Origin: Thermoflexales bacterium
GTDB lineage: Bacteria; Chloroflexota; Anaerolineae; B4-G1; DUEL01
Assembly: GCA_014360895.1 (NCBI GenBank)
Contig: JACIWQ010000001.1
Span: 16,287 to 80,286, forward strand
Direction of reading: 5' to 3'
Length of the DNA stretch: 64,000 nt
The stretch's first letter is position 1. The number at the start of each line of letters is the position of its first letter. Position numbers and translations under genes: made by a program. The notes under the pieces were generated by a model. The model saw only the letters and a program-made list of their open reading frames with translations, was not told the origin of the DNA and searched no databases. Positions 43,185 to 52,536 of this stretch are shown here, one piece after another.

Positions 43185-44150
43185 TCAAAACCGGCGCCGG
43201 ACGATAAAGTCGGCCAGGTCCAGAAGGGCAGTCTTGTATTCGGAGGACGGGAAGGGTCGCAGGGCCTCTTTCGCTTCCCGGATGTAGTTGCGAGCGACCT
43301 GGAGGGAGCGGTCAATGGCCGGGGAGGCTGCGACCGCCTGGACTGCTTCCCGCACCGTCAGGTCGGATGAGCCGGAGGTGAGAATCTGTCGGAGGGCCGG
43401 GTGATCGCCGCTTTGCTCCAGAAAGAGCAAGACGGGTAGCGTGACCAGTCCCTGGCGGAGGTCGCTGCCGACCGGCTTGCCCAGGGTCTGCTCGTCGGCG
43501 ACGAAGTCCAGAATGTCGTCCACGACCTGAAAGGCCAGACCCAGTTGCTCCCCGTAGGTCCGCATTGCGGCGATGGTTTCCTCGGCGGCGTGGGCCAGGA
43601 TGGCTCCCGACTCCGCCGCCAGGGCAATCAACGAGGCGGTTTTGGCGTAGATGCGCTGCTCGTATTCCTGGAAGGTGGGCACTTTCCCGCGCCCGTCAAA
43701 CATCTGGCGGATTTCGCCGTTACAGATGACCATCAGCGTCTCGGCGAACCGCTGCACCAGGCGGACGTTGGCCGTTTGGGCGACCAGATAGGCCGCCCGC
43801 GCGAAGAGGTAGTCGCCCGTCAGGACAGTGGCGGCAGGGGACCAGCGGGCGTTGAGGGTCTCCGCCCCCCGGCGCATCAGGGAGCCGTCAATGAGGTCAT
43901 CGTGGACCAGAGTGGCAGTGTGGAGCATTTCCACACCCGCGGCCGCGAAGAGGGCCACATCCGGGTCCGCCCCGCACAGGCGAGCGGAGAGGAACACCAA
44001 AGCCGGACGAAGCCGTTTACCTCCGCTCCCCAGCAGAAGTTCCACCGCGCCGGTGATCGCCGGATGCTGGTCCGGCGCGGATTCCTGTAACAGACCCTCC
44101 GCTCGCTGAAGGTCGTCCTGGATCGGGTGGAAAAAAGGCAACGATGACAC
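43185..44150 (-). CDS. Polyprenyl diphosphate synthase (trans-IPPS, IspA/IspB-like)
   Basis: Two DDxxD motifs (LVHDDLID, VVDDILD). Confidence 0.88.
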   Translation of the reverse strand: MSSLPFFHPIQDDLQRAEGLLQESAPDQHPAITGAVELLLGSGGKRLRPALVFLSARLCGADPDVALFAAAGVEMLHTATLVHDDLIDGSLMRRGAETLNARWSPAATVLTGDYLFARAAYLVAQTANVRLVQRFAETLMVICNGEIRQMFDGRGKVPTFQEYEQRIYAKTASLIALAAESGAILAHAAEETIAAMRTYGEQLGLAFQVVDDILDFVADEQTLGKPVGSDLRQGLVTLPVLLFLEQSGDHPALRQILTSGSSDLTVREAVQAVAASPAIDRSLQVARNYIREAKEALRPFPSSEYKTALLDLADFIVRRRF

Positions 44151-44232
44151 AGACGGTCTCCGGAATGGGGGATACCATGCGGCGTCCGGCGGGAGGTCCG
44201 CCGTCCGCTGGCATCATTATGCCATTTTCCAA

Positions 44233-44985
44233 CTACTCCGTCAAGTGAGCCCGCTGGCGGTCATACAGCCCGGCTCGTCCATTGCGGCGGATGCGGACGA
44301 CCTCCCAGAACATGTTCCAGGAATCCCGCAGGGGACTGACCCGGCTACCTTCTCCGTAGTACCAGTCAATGGGAACCTCCACGATGCGGTAACCGCGCCG
44401 TCGGGCGATGTAGAGCACTTCCACATCAAACGCCCAACCGTCCAGTATTTGCACGGAGAAGAGGTCGCGCGCCACCTCCCGGCGGAAGCACTTGAAGCCG
44501 CATTGGGTATCCTGGATGCCCGGCACCGCCAGAACGCGCACCACAGTGTTGAAGACGCGCCCCATCAGGTGGCGGTACCCGGGTTCGTTGAACCGGCGCG
44601 CGCCCGGGGCTTCGCGGGAGGCGATAGCGACGTCGTAGTCGGAGAGGGCCGGGGGGAGAAATCGGGACACCTGTTCAATGGGCATCGCCAGGTCGGCATC
44701 GCAGATGAAGAGATACTCTCCCCGCCCCTCCAGCATCCCCTTCCGCACTGCCGCCCCCTTCCCCCGAATGGGCTGGTAGAGCAGGGAGACAATGGGATGT
44801 TCGGCCGCGACCGCCCGGACGACCTCCGCCGTCCGGTCGGTGCTGGCGTTATCCACCACCAGGACCTCCACCGGATACGCCTGCGCCTCGGCGAAGGCGA
44901 CGACCTGCGGGAGGGTGGTTGGCAGGCGATGCTCTTCGTTGTAGGCCGGGATGATGATGGTCAGCAGCGGCAATGGTTCGGCCAT
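44233..44985 (-). CDS. Polyprenol-phosphate hexosyltransferase (Dpm1/Ppm1/GtrB-like GT2, soluble form)
   Basis: IIIPAYNEE...DNASTDRT...DADL...GFK GT2 family 2 motifs. TAATG overlap with the upstream thioredoxin gene. Confidence 0.8.
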   Translation of the reverse strand: MAEPLPLLTIIIPAYNEEHRLPTTLPQVVAFAEAQAYPVEVLVVDNASTDRTAEVVRAVAAEHPIVSLLYQPIRGKGAAVRKGMLEGRGEYLFICDADLAMPIEQVSRFLPPALSDYDVAIASREAPGARRFNEPGYRHLMGRVFNTVVRVLAVPGIQDTQCGFKCFRREVARDLFSVQILDGWAFDVEVLYIARRRGYRIVEVPIDWYYGEGSRVSPLRDSWNMFWEVVRIRRNGRAGLYDRQRAHLTE

Positions 44986-45416
44986 TATGGCTCCTGTGAT
45001 CCAGCGACGGCGGCCCGGATGGCCGCCCGGTCGGGCAGACCGGCCTGGGCATAGACCACCTGTCCCCCCCCGTCAAAGACGATGAAGGTGGGGACGGCGC
45101 TCACGCCGTACTCCCGGGCCAGGGTCAGGCCGGCCTGACTCATCACGTCAATCCGCAGCACCTTCGCGGTTCCGCCCAGTTCCTTCTCTAACCTGTCCAC
45201 GGCAGGTTTGGCCATCAGGCAGGCGCTTCAGGTGTTGGAGAAGAACTCCACCGCGACAGGCCGCCCGCCGCGAATCTCCTGCCGAAAAGCTTCCACAGAG
45301 AGGTCATCGGCGGGAGTCCGCAGGAAGAGCCAGCTCCCCACCAGCAGGCCGAGCACCAATAGAAGCGCCCAGTTCTGCCGGAGCAGGTCGTAGAGCATAT
45401 ACCCGATAGCGTTCAC
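44985..45416 (-). CDS. Membrane-anchored thioredoxin-fold protein with an in-frame TGA at the first Cys of CxxC. Either a selenoprotein (UxxC) or a disrupted gene.
   Basis: Track ORFs 45228..45416 and 44985..45215 are in the same frame, separated only by TGA plus 4 codons (SACL). Joined sequence: ...RPVAVEFFSNT[TGA]SACLMAKP...VPTFIVFDGGGQVV = Trx fold with a cis-Pro. ATGA and TAATG overlaps with the neighbouring genes. Confidence 0.5.
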
Positions 45417-45994
45417 TTTTCTCCTTCCATCAGCCGAAAGATGCCCAGCGCGCGGGTCTCCTCTCGCCGGAGGTGAAACCCCGCCCGTCGGACGCTCCGG
45501 ACCGTCTCCCGGTTCAGGTGACAGACGCCGTTCCAGGCAAACCAGAGGGGATGAAGGCGGTCCGTCAGCCAGGCCCCCAGGCCCCGCCCCCGGGTGTGCT
45601 CCAGGAGGAGCAGACGGCCGCCGGGCCGGAGGACCCGGTAGACCTCTCCCAGGGCCCGCTCCGGCTCGGCGACGGAGCAGAAGACCAGGGAGCCCGTCAC
45701 CGCGTCAAAGGCGCCGTCCCGGAAAGGGAGGCGGTGCACGTCGGCCCGGACGGCCCGGACGCGGGCGCGGGTCGTCCGGCGCAGGGCCCGCCGGAGCATC
45801 GGGGCGCTGAGGTCCAGCGCGATGACAGCCGTCGTCGGGGGATAGAGGGGGAGGTTGACGCCGGTGCCGACGCCCACCTCCAGCACGCGCCCTTCCACCT
45901 GCGGGAAGGCGCGCCGCCGCATCTGCCGCAGAACCGCCATCTCCAGCGGCAGGAGGCCCAGGTCGTATCCGGAGGCCAGCGCGTCAAAGACCAT
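45413..45994 (-). CDS. Class I SAM-dependent methyltransferase
   Basis: VLEVGVGTGVN motif I; UbiE/COQ5-like. Confidence 0.8.
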   Translation of the reverse strand: MVFDALASGYDLGLLPLEMAVLRQMRRRAFPQVEGRVLEVGVGTGVNLPLYPPTTAVIALDLSAPMLRRALRRTTRARVRAVRADVHRLPFRDGAFDAVTGSLVFCSVAEPERALGEVYRVLRPGGRLLLLEHTRGRGLGAWLTDRLHPLWFAWNGVCHLNRETVRSVRRAGFHLRREETRALGIFRLMEGEK

Positions 45995-46008
45995 AGGATG
46001 CAGGAAAT

Positions 46009-46037
46009 GTAGGACAACTGCTCGCAGTTGTCCTACC
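46009..46037. repeat. Perfect 13-bp inverted repeat GTAGGACAACTGC-tcg-GCAGTTGTCCTAC
   Basis: Hairpin between the vapC stop and the methyltransferase start. No U-tract. Confidence 0.6.
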
Positions 46038-46086
46038 GCAGGAGTTTCGCGACGAACGATGGGAATGTCCCCCGCAGAACCTCCAG

Positions 46087-46452
46087 TTAAACCCTGTATG
46101 GGACCCGAATGCCTTCCCAGTCGGGAGCGAAATCCTTCGTGTTACGGGTGACCAAGACGGCGCTATAGAGTTGGGCTGTAGCCCAGATTATGGCGTCCGG
46201 TAAACGAAGGCGGCGATACTGTCGGCGAATGTCTACTGCTTTCTCAGCCACCGCAAAGTCCACCGGGACGATCTCAAAATAGGTTTGCAGGAAATCGCGC
46301 ACCTCTTCCTCATTCTCTCCAGCGCCGACCAGAGTCTCTATCCACGTAACGAGACTGATTAAAACACGGTCGTATCGGCGATATTCTGCGTCGGCCTCTG
46401 GAAGGCCGTTGAGGGCGTCTATCACGATGTTCGTATCAAACAGAGCGTTCAT
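46087..46452 (-). CDS. vapC: PIN-domain toxin VapC
   Basis: MNALFDTNIVID...D...TRN PIN acidic residues. Confidence 0.8.
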   Translation of the reverse strand: MNALFDTNIVIDALNGLPEADAEYRRYDRVLISLVTWIETLVGAGENEEEVRDFLQTYFEIVPVDFAVAEKAVDIRRQYRRLRLPDAIIWATAQLYSAVLVTRNTKDFAPDWEGIRVPYRV

Positions 46453-46673
46453 TCCTCACGCTCCCATTCCGAGCGAAGTTGTTCCTGAAATTCCAGTGCA
46501 TCTATGCCCCGTCCTTTCCACGAGCCGAAAGCCGGGTGATCCTTCAACGAGCGGCGTGAAGGAACCCGCGCCGATAATTGCCGTCGGAGGAAGAGAATGA
46601 AATCCAGGACCTCGCTCTGTTTCTCCGGCGGCAAGTGTACCACCTCTTTCTGAATCTGCTCCAGCAGGCTCAT
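46449..46673 (-). CDS. VapB-like antitoxin
   Basis: 74-aa small protein overlapping vapC by 4 nt. Confidence 0.6.
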   Translation of the reverse strand: MSLLEQIQKEVVHLPPEKQSEVLDFILFLRRQLSARVPSRRSLKDHPAFGSWKGRGIDALEFQEQLRSEWEREE

Positions 46674-46697
46674 CGTTACCTCCCTTTTTCGGGTTCA

Positions 46698-46799
46698 ACC
46701 GCAGAGAACGCAAAGGACACAGAGAAAATTCCCATAATCACCTTTGCGTCCTTTGCGATGAGAAAATCCGCGTTTATCCGCGTCCATCCGCGTCCATCC
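46698..46799. repeat. Composite repeat: a palindromic CGCAGAGAACGCAAAGGACACAGAG...CCTTTGCGTCCTTTGCG element followed by (TCCGCGTnnA) x3
   Basis: Shares ACCGCAGAGAACGC with 8142, tccgcgtttatc with 17876, and tttgcgtc(c)tttg with 36131-36148. Overlaps the uvrA stop. Confidence 0.75.
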
Positions 46800-49638
46800 C
46801 CAGAATCCGCCGCAGGAACTGGCCGGTGTAACTGGCCTCCACCTGCGCCACGTCCTCCGGCTGGCCCTCGGCCACCACCCAGCCCCCGGCGTCGCCCCCC
46901 TCCGGCCCCAGGTCTATGATCCAGTCGGCCACCTTGACGATGTCCGGGTGGTGCTCTATGATGACCACCGTGTTCCCCGCGTCCACCAGCCGGTTCAGGA
47001 CCGCCACCAGTTTGTCCACGTCCGCCGCATGCAGCCCCACGCTGGGCTCGTCCAGGACGTAGAGAGTCCGCCCGGTGGCGATCTTGGAGAGTTCCCGCGC
47101 CAGTTTCACCCGCTGCGCCTCCCCGCCGGAGAGGGTCGGCGCGGGCTGCCCCAGCCGGATGTAGCCCAGCCCCACGTCCTGCAGCGTCTGGAGTTTGCGC
47201 CGGATGGCCGGGAACGGGGCGAAGAACTCCGCCGCCTCGTCCACCGTCATATCCAGCACCTCGGCGATGTTCTTCCCCCGGTACCGAACCTGCAGCGTCT
47301 CCCGGTTGTAGCGTTTCCCGTGGCAGACGTCGCAGGGGACGTAGACGTCGGGCAGGAACTGCATCTCAATCCGCAGGACGCCGTGCCCCTCGCACGCCTC
47401 GCAGCGGCCCCCCTTCACGTTGAAGGAGAACCGCCCGGCCCGGTAGCCGCGAATCTTGGACTCCGGCAACGAGGCGAAGAGGTCCCGGATGGGCCCGAAG
47501 AGCCCCGTGTAGGTCGCCGGATTGGAGCGGGGCGTCCGCCCGATGGGGGATTGGTCTATATTGATGACCTTGTCTATGTGCTCCACGCCCTCAATCGTAT
47601 CGTGCTCCCCGGCGGGCTCCCGGGAGCCGTGGAGGATCTGGGCCAGGCGTTTGTAGAGGACGTCCACCAGCAGGGTGGACTTGCCGGAGCCGGAGACACC
47701 GGTGATGCAGACGAACATCCCCAGGGGGATGCGGACGTCTATGTTCTTCAAGTTGTGCTCCCGCGCGCCCCGGACCACCAGGAACTGGCCGTTGCCGGGG
47801 CGGCGCCGGCGGGGGACCGGGATCCGCCGTCGCCCGGAGAGATACGCCCCCGTCAGGCTGACGGGGTGGTTCAGGACGTCCTCCAGCGTCCCGGCGACGA
47901 CGACCTCCCCACCCTTCTCTCCGGCCCCCGGCCCCAGGTCAATGATCCAGTCGGCGGCCCGGATCATCGCCTCGTCGTGCTCCACCACCAGCAGCGTGTT
48001 CCCCAGGTCCCGCATCGCCTTCAGGGTGCGGATGAGCCGGTCGTTATCCCGCATATGCAGGCCGACGGTCGGCTCGTCCAGGACGTAGAGGACGCCGGTC
48101 AGTTGGGAGCCGATCTGCGTCGCCAGGCGGATGCGCTGGGCTTCCCCGCCGGAGAGGGTGTCGGCCGTCCGGTCCAGCGTCAGGTAGTCCAGGCCGACGT
48201 CCACCATAAACTGGAGCCGGGAGCGGACCTCCTTCAGGATGCGGTCGGCGATGATGCGCTCCTTCTCGGTCAGGCGGCCCTCCAGTTCGTTCAGCCAGGC
48301 CAGGAGTCTGCTGGCGGGCCAGCGGGTCAGTTCGTAGATGTTCTGCCCGCCGACGGTGACGGCCAGGGCTTCGGGGCGCAACCGCGCGCCGCCGCAGGCC
48401 GGGCAGGGCCGTCGGGTCATAAATTCTTCTATTTTGGCGCGGATGTAGTCGGAGGTCGTCTCCCGGTAGCGGCGCTGGAGGTTGGGGATGACGCCCTCAA
48501 AGGGGGCGCGGTAGATGCGGCGCCCGCCGTCCCGCGCGGTGTAGACGATGGGGACCTCCTCGCCGCCGCTCCCGTAGAGGATGAGGTTCCGCTGGGCCGG
48601 GGTCAGTTCCCGCCAGGGGACGTCGGTGGGGATGTGGTAGTGGCGGGCGGCGGCCTCCAGCAGTTGCCAGTAGTAGCCGTCGTGGTCGTCGGTGTTCCAG
48701 GCGACAATCGCCCCTTCCTCCAGCGAGAGGTCCGGGTTGGGGACGATGAGGTCCGGGTCCAGTTCGGTCCGGGTCCCCAGGCCCTGACAGGTCCGGCAGG
48801 CGCCGTGGGGGCTGTTGAAGGAGAAGGTCCGCGGCTCAATCTCCGGCAAGCTGATCCCACAGACCGGGCAGGCCAGATGTTCGGAGTAGAGGAGGTCGCG
48901 CGGCGGGTCGGAGGAGACGTCGTTGATGACGACGATGCCGTCCCCCAGCCGGAGCGCCGTCTCCACCGAGTCGGTCAGGCGGGTGCGGAAGTCGGCGTCG
49001 GGCTCCTCGGGGATGATGAGCCGGTCCACCACCGCCTCAATGGTGTGGAGTTTGTACCGGTCCAGTTCTATCTCCTCGTCCACGTCCCGGACGACGCCGT
49101 CCACCCGGACGCGGACGAAGCCGGCCTTGCGGACGTCCTCCAAGACGGACTGGTGGTGGCCCTTGCGGTCCCGGACCAGGGGGGCCAGGACCTGGAAGCG
49201 GGTACCGGGCGGGAGGGCGAGGACGGCGTCCACAATCTGCTGGGCCGACTGGCGGGTCACCTCCCGGCCACACTTGGGGCAGTGGGGGATGCCGATGCGG
49301 GCGTAGAGGAGGCGGAGGTAGTCGTAGATTTCGGTGACGGTGCCCACGGTGGAGCGGGGGTTATGGGAGACGCCCCGCTGGTCAATGGAGATGGCGGGGG
49401 AGAGGCCCTCAATGGAGTCCACGTCGGGCTTCTGCATCTCCCCCAGGAACTGGCGCGCGTAGGCGGAGAGGGACTCCACGTAGCGGCGCTGTCCCTCGGC
49501 GAAGATGGTGTCAAAGGCCAGGGAGGACTTCCCCGAACCGGAGATGCCGGTGATGACGACCAGGCGGTTGCGGGGAATCTCCACCGTGATGTTCTTGAGA
49601 TTGTGCTGCCGGGCGCCCCGGACGATGATTTTGTCCAT
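46774..49638 (-). CDS. uvrA: Excinuclease ABC subunit A
   Basis: 954 aa with two ABC ATPase modules and zinc fingers. Confidence 0.96.
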   Translation of the reverse strand: MDKIIVRGARQHNLKNITVEIPRNRLVVITGISGSGKSSLAFDTIFAEGQRRYVESLSAYARQFLGEMQKPDVDSIEGLSPAISIDQRGVSHNPRSTVGTVTEIYDYLRLLYARIGIPHCPKCGREVTRQSAQQIVDAVLALPPGTRFQVLAPLVRDRKGHHQSVLEDVRKAGFVRVRVDGVVRDVDEEIELDRYKLHTIEAVVDRLIIPEEPDADFRTRLTDSVETALRLGDGIVVINDVSSDPPRDLLYSEHLACPVCGISLPEIEPRTFSFNSPHGACRTCQGLGTRTELDPDLIVPNPDLSLEEGAIVAWNTDDHDGYYWQLLEAAARHYHIPTDVPWRELTPAQRNLILYGSGGEEVPIVYTARDGGRRIYRAPFEGVIPNLQRRYRETTSDYIRAKIEEFMTRRPCPACGGARLRPEALAVTVGGQNIYELTRWPASRLLAWLNELEGRLTEKERIIADRILKEVRSRLQFMVDVGLDYLTLDRTADTLSGGEAQRIRLATQIGSQLTGVLYVLDEPTVGLHMRDNDRLIRTLKAMRDLGNTLLVVEHDEAMIRAADWIIDLGPGAGEKGGEVVVAGTLEDVLNHPVSLTGAYLSGRRRIPVPRRRRPGNGQFLVVRGAREHNLKNIDVRIPLGMFVCITGVSGSGKSTLLVDVLYKRLAQILHGSREPAGEHDTIEGVEHIDKVINIDQSPIGRTPRSNPATYTGLFGPIRDLFASLPESKIRGYRAGRFSFNVKGGRCEACEGHGVLRIEMQFLPDVYVPCDVCHGKRYNRETLQVRYRGKNIAEVLDMTVDEAAEFFAPFPAIRRKLQTLQDVGLGYIRLGQPAPTLSGGEAQRVKLARELSKIATGRTLYVLDEPSVGLHAADVDKLVAVLNRLVDAGNTVVIIEHHPDIVKVADWIIDLGPEGGDAGGWVVAEGQPEDVAQVEASYTGQFLRRILGMDADGRG

Positions 49639-49959
49639 TTGTGTACGGCGTGTTTCGGGATGTGTATGGGAATTTTAACACGGTGCGGGAGAACGGGCAA
49701 CCGGGCTCCGTGTCAAGCCAAATGATAATGTTACCGGGAGGGGGTCACCCGTCAAAGGAATCCAGCGGAAGACCTGTCGGAACGCATCTTCTACCACCCG
49801 ATAACTGCGGCCTAAGAAGGCCCGAAGTTCCATGCCAACTGCCGGGCTGCCAGGAATTGGGCAAAATGGCCTGGCTACCCCCATATGTAGGGGCCGATTT
49901 CGGAAACACGATCAAAAATGAGCGAACCATGGGATTTTACGTGAAAGAACGCGCGCAAT

Positions 49960-49988
49960 TGGCAACTCCCCCAGAGTGTGTTAAAATA
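49960..49988 (+). promoter_or_regulatory. Candidate promoter for the cooC-like gene: -35 TTGGCA, 17-bp spacer, extended -10 TGtTAAAAT
   Basis: TTGGCAactcccccagagtgtgtTAAAAT. Leaves a ~170-nt leader containing a 22-codon uORF (50012-50080, MESRGQSLVETIMEWWGDGNTA) with a GGAGGGGGG RBS. Confidence 0.45.
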
Positions 49989-50164
49989 CGAGTCGCATGG
50001 AGGGGGGAATATGGAGAGCCGGGGACAATCGCTGGTAGAGACGATAATGGAGTGGTGGGGAGATGGAAATACGGCCTGACGCTGGTCAGTTTTGACGCCG
50101 ATTTGGACCGTACGCCGCGCGGCCGCCGGACGCCCGGTCAGATTCTGGAAACGGGGAGAGACCT

Positions 50165-50968
50165 ATGAGCACACTGCAGAAAATCGCCATCACCGGCAAA
50201 GGGGGAGTCGGCAAGACCACCCTGGCCGCCCTGCTGGCCCACATCTACGCCCAGGAGGGGCGCAACGTCATCGCCATTGACGCCGACCCGGCGGGCGGAT
50301 TGGCCGGGGCCCTGGGCTTCCCACCCGAACTGGCGGAGAACCTCACCCCCATCTCCGAGATGGAAGACCTCATCTACGAGCGGACCGGCGCCAAACCCGG
50401 CTCCTTCGGCGGTTTCTTCAGCCTGAACCCTCGCGTGGACGACATCCCCGACCGCTTCAGTATCCTCCACAACGGCGTGCGGCTGCTCAAACTGGGCACG
50501 CTGGAGAAAGGCGGGTCCGGCTGCCTCTGCCCGGAGAACGCCCTGCTGAGGGCGCTGGTCACCCACCTGCTCCTCTACCGGGGCGAGATGCTGATTATGG
50601 ACATGGAGGCCGGGGTGGAGCACCTGGGACGGGCCACCGCCCAGGCCGTGGACGCGATGCTGGTGGTGGTGGAACCGGGGAGACGGAGCATAGAGGTCGC
50701 CGAACGGATCCGGGAACTGGCGGGCGACATCGGGCTCAGGCAGCTGTTCGTCGTGGGCAACAAAGTCCGCACCGACGCCGACCGGGCCTTCATCGCCGGA
50801 CAGAGCCCGCTGCCGGTGGTGGGCTACCTCTCCGCCAGCCCGAGGGTCATTGAGGCCGACCTGCGGGGTATGGCGGTGTATGAGGCCGCGCCGGAGGCCG
50901 TGGAGGAGGCCCGGGCCATCGCGCGGCAACTGGAAGCATTGGCGGAAGGGGCCGAACCGGAAGGGTGA
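50165..50968 (+). CDS. CooC/AcsF-like MinD-family P-loop NTPase (CxC motif, putative Ni-insertion accessory protein)
   Basis: KIAITGKGGVGKTT Walker A. GSGCLCPENA CxC motif. Confidence 0.75.
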   Translation: MSTLQKIAITGKGGVGKTTLAALLAHIYAQEGRNVIAIDADPAGGLAGALGFPPELAENLTPISEMEDLIYERTGAKPGSFGGFFSLNPRVDDIPDRFSILHNGVRLLKLGTLEKGGSGCLCPENALLRALVTHLLLYRGEMLIMDMEAGVEHLGRATAQAVDAMLVVVEPGRRSIEVAERIRELAGDIGLRQLFVVGNKVRTDADRAFIAGQSPLPVVGYLSASPRVIEADLRGMAVYEAAPEAVEEARAIARQLEALAEGAEPEG

Positions 50969-51014
50969 GACCCCCTGCCCGTTTCCCGGCCCGGGGCCCG
51001 TTCCGGAGGGAACC

Positions 51015-51740
51015 ATGGGTGTAGAGGCGGAAGTGCAGGAAAAGGTGGCAGCAGAACCCCGGGTGGAAGTCGTCTATATCCACCCTCCCCCGGTCTATTA
51101 CCCCGAATCGGATGGGCGGCCGATGGGCGAGACGGACGCGCACATCAATCAACTCATCTACCTCCGGGAGGCCCTGGCAGATTACTTCCGGGATGACCCC
51201 AACGTCTACGTGGCGGGCAATCTCTTCGTGTACTATGTGGAAGGCGACCCGTCTCAGGTCGTGGCCCCCGATGTCTTCGTGGTAAGGGGTGTCCCCAAAG
51301 GCGAGCGTCGTTTCTTCCAGGTCTGGAAGGAGGGCCGGGCGCCCGACGTGGTCTTTGAACTGACGTCCAAAAAGACCCGCTACGAGGACCTGGGGGCCAA
51401 AAAGGGCATCTACGAATTGCTGGGCGTGCAGGAATATTTCATCTTTGACCCCCAGGGGGAGTATCTCCAACCGCCGCTGATGGCCTTCCGGCTGACGCCC
51501 CAGGGGTACCGACGGGTGGAAGAAGCACCGCTGGTGAGCCAGGTGCTGGGGCTGGAATTGCGGCTGGAGGGGAACTTCCTGCGACTGGTGGACCCTCGCA
51601 CCGGAGAGCGGCTGCTGACGCCCCTGGAGGCCCAGGAGGCCCGCCGTCAGGCCGAAACGGCCCTCCGCCGGGCCGAAGAGGAAATAGAGCAGCTGCGGGC
51701 CGAACTGGCCCGGTTGAAGGGAGGCGAATCCCCGGAATGA
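51015..51740 (+). CDS. Uma2-family (DUF820) PD-(D/E)xK endonuclease-like protein
   Basis: APDVFVV...PDVVFELTS motifs. Start at MGVEAEV with a GGAGGG RBS. Confidence 0.75.
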   Translation: MGVEAEVQEKVAAEPRVEVVYIHPPPVYYPESDGRPMGETDAHINQLIYLREALADYFRDDPNVYVAGNLFVYYVEGDPSQVVAPDVFVVRGVPKGERRFFQVWKEGRAPDVVFELTSKKTRYEDLGAKKGIYELLGVQEYFIFDPQGEYLQPPLMAFRLTPQGYRRVEEAPLVSQVLGLELRLEGNFLRLVDPRTGERLLTPLEAQEARRQAETALRRAEEEIEQLRAELARLKGGESPE

Positions 51741-52507
51741 CAACGATAGGCCATTCACCCGGTTGCATCCCGAGAGGTCGCCTGCACTACCAACGGGTTC
51801 TCGGATGGGCTCTGACCTTGTCCCTTCTCCTGCCGGCAGCCGTCCACGCAACCCCCGGCCCCCCCGAATCCGCTTACGTCCCCGGGGTGCTGGGACACCG
51901 CCAGGAGCGCCCGCTCAGTTGCGAGGCCCGCTCGGCGGTGGACCTGGCCGCCTTCTGGGGCGTCGCCGTCAGCGAAGAGGACTTCTTCGCCACCCTCCCT
52001 CGCTCCGATAATCCCCACTCCGGCTTCGTCGGCGACGTGGACGACCCGCCGGGGAGCCTGCCCCCGGGCGGCTACGGCGTCTACGCCGGCCCCGTCGCCA
52101 TCGCCCTGCGCCGGTACGGGCTGGATGCCCACGCCCACCGCTGGTTCGGGCTGGACCCCCTGAAAGAAGAACTGGCTGCCGGACGCCCCGTCGTCATCTG
52201 GGCCACTTACCGCATGCTCCAGCCGGAAATCGCCTCCTGGACCGCCGCCGACGGCACCGTCTCCATCGTCGTCCAGTGGGAGCACACCTTCATCGCCGTC
52301 GGCTACGACGCCGACGGCCTCTATCTGATAGACGCCTACGACGGGCGGACCCACTACTACCCGTTCAGCTTGTTTCTCCCCGCCTGGATGCAACTGAACG
52401 AGATGGCGGTGACGGTGAGCGGACGCCTGGACGGCCCCCCGTACCCCTGGACGGACATTCGGGCCGGGGGTTCCCATCCCTGGCCCTCGTTTCTACCCGT
52501 ATGGTGA
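51737..52507 (+). CDS. Secreted C39-like papain-fold cysteine peptidase
   Basis: Signal peptide, Cys in PLSCEARSA and His in HTFIAVGYD. ATGA overlap with the Uma2 gene. Confidence 0.55.
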   Translation: MTTIGHSPGCIPRGRLHYQRVLGWALTLSLLLPAAVHATPGPPESAYVPGVLGHRQERPLSCEARSAVDLAAFWGVAVSEEDFFATLPRSDNPHSGFVGDVDDPPGSLPPGGYGVYAGPVAIALRRYGLDAHAHRWFGLDPLKEELAAGRPVVIWATYRMLQPEIASWTAADGTVSIVVQWEHTFIAVGYDADGLYLIDAYDGRTHYYPFSLFLPAWMQLNEMAVTVSGRLDGPPYPWTDIRAGGSHPWPSFLPVW

Positions 52508-52536
52508 CCCGAATCCAACCCTAACAAGGAGGAACC

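Noticed and set aside
44985-45416. Alternative reading of the split thioredoxin as a pseudogene
   Set aside because: Not fully rejected. Decay is disfavoured because the only lesion is a single TGA landing exactly on the CxxC redox Cys, with both halves otherwise intact and translationally coupled to neighbours. It remains the fallback if the genome lacks sel genes.
49641-50168. 175-aa plus ORF filling the uvrA/cooC intergenic region
   Set aside because: No homology signal or RBS. It contains the predicted promoter and leader of the cooC-like gene, so it is better explained as non-coding 5' region, apart from the 22-codon uORF noted in the findings.
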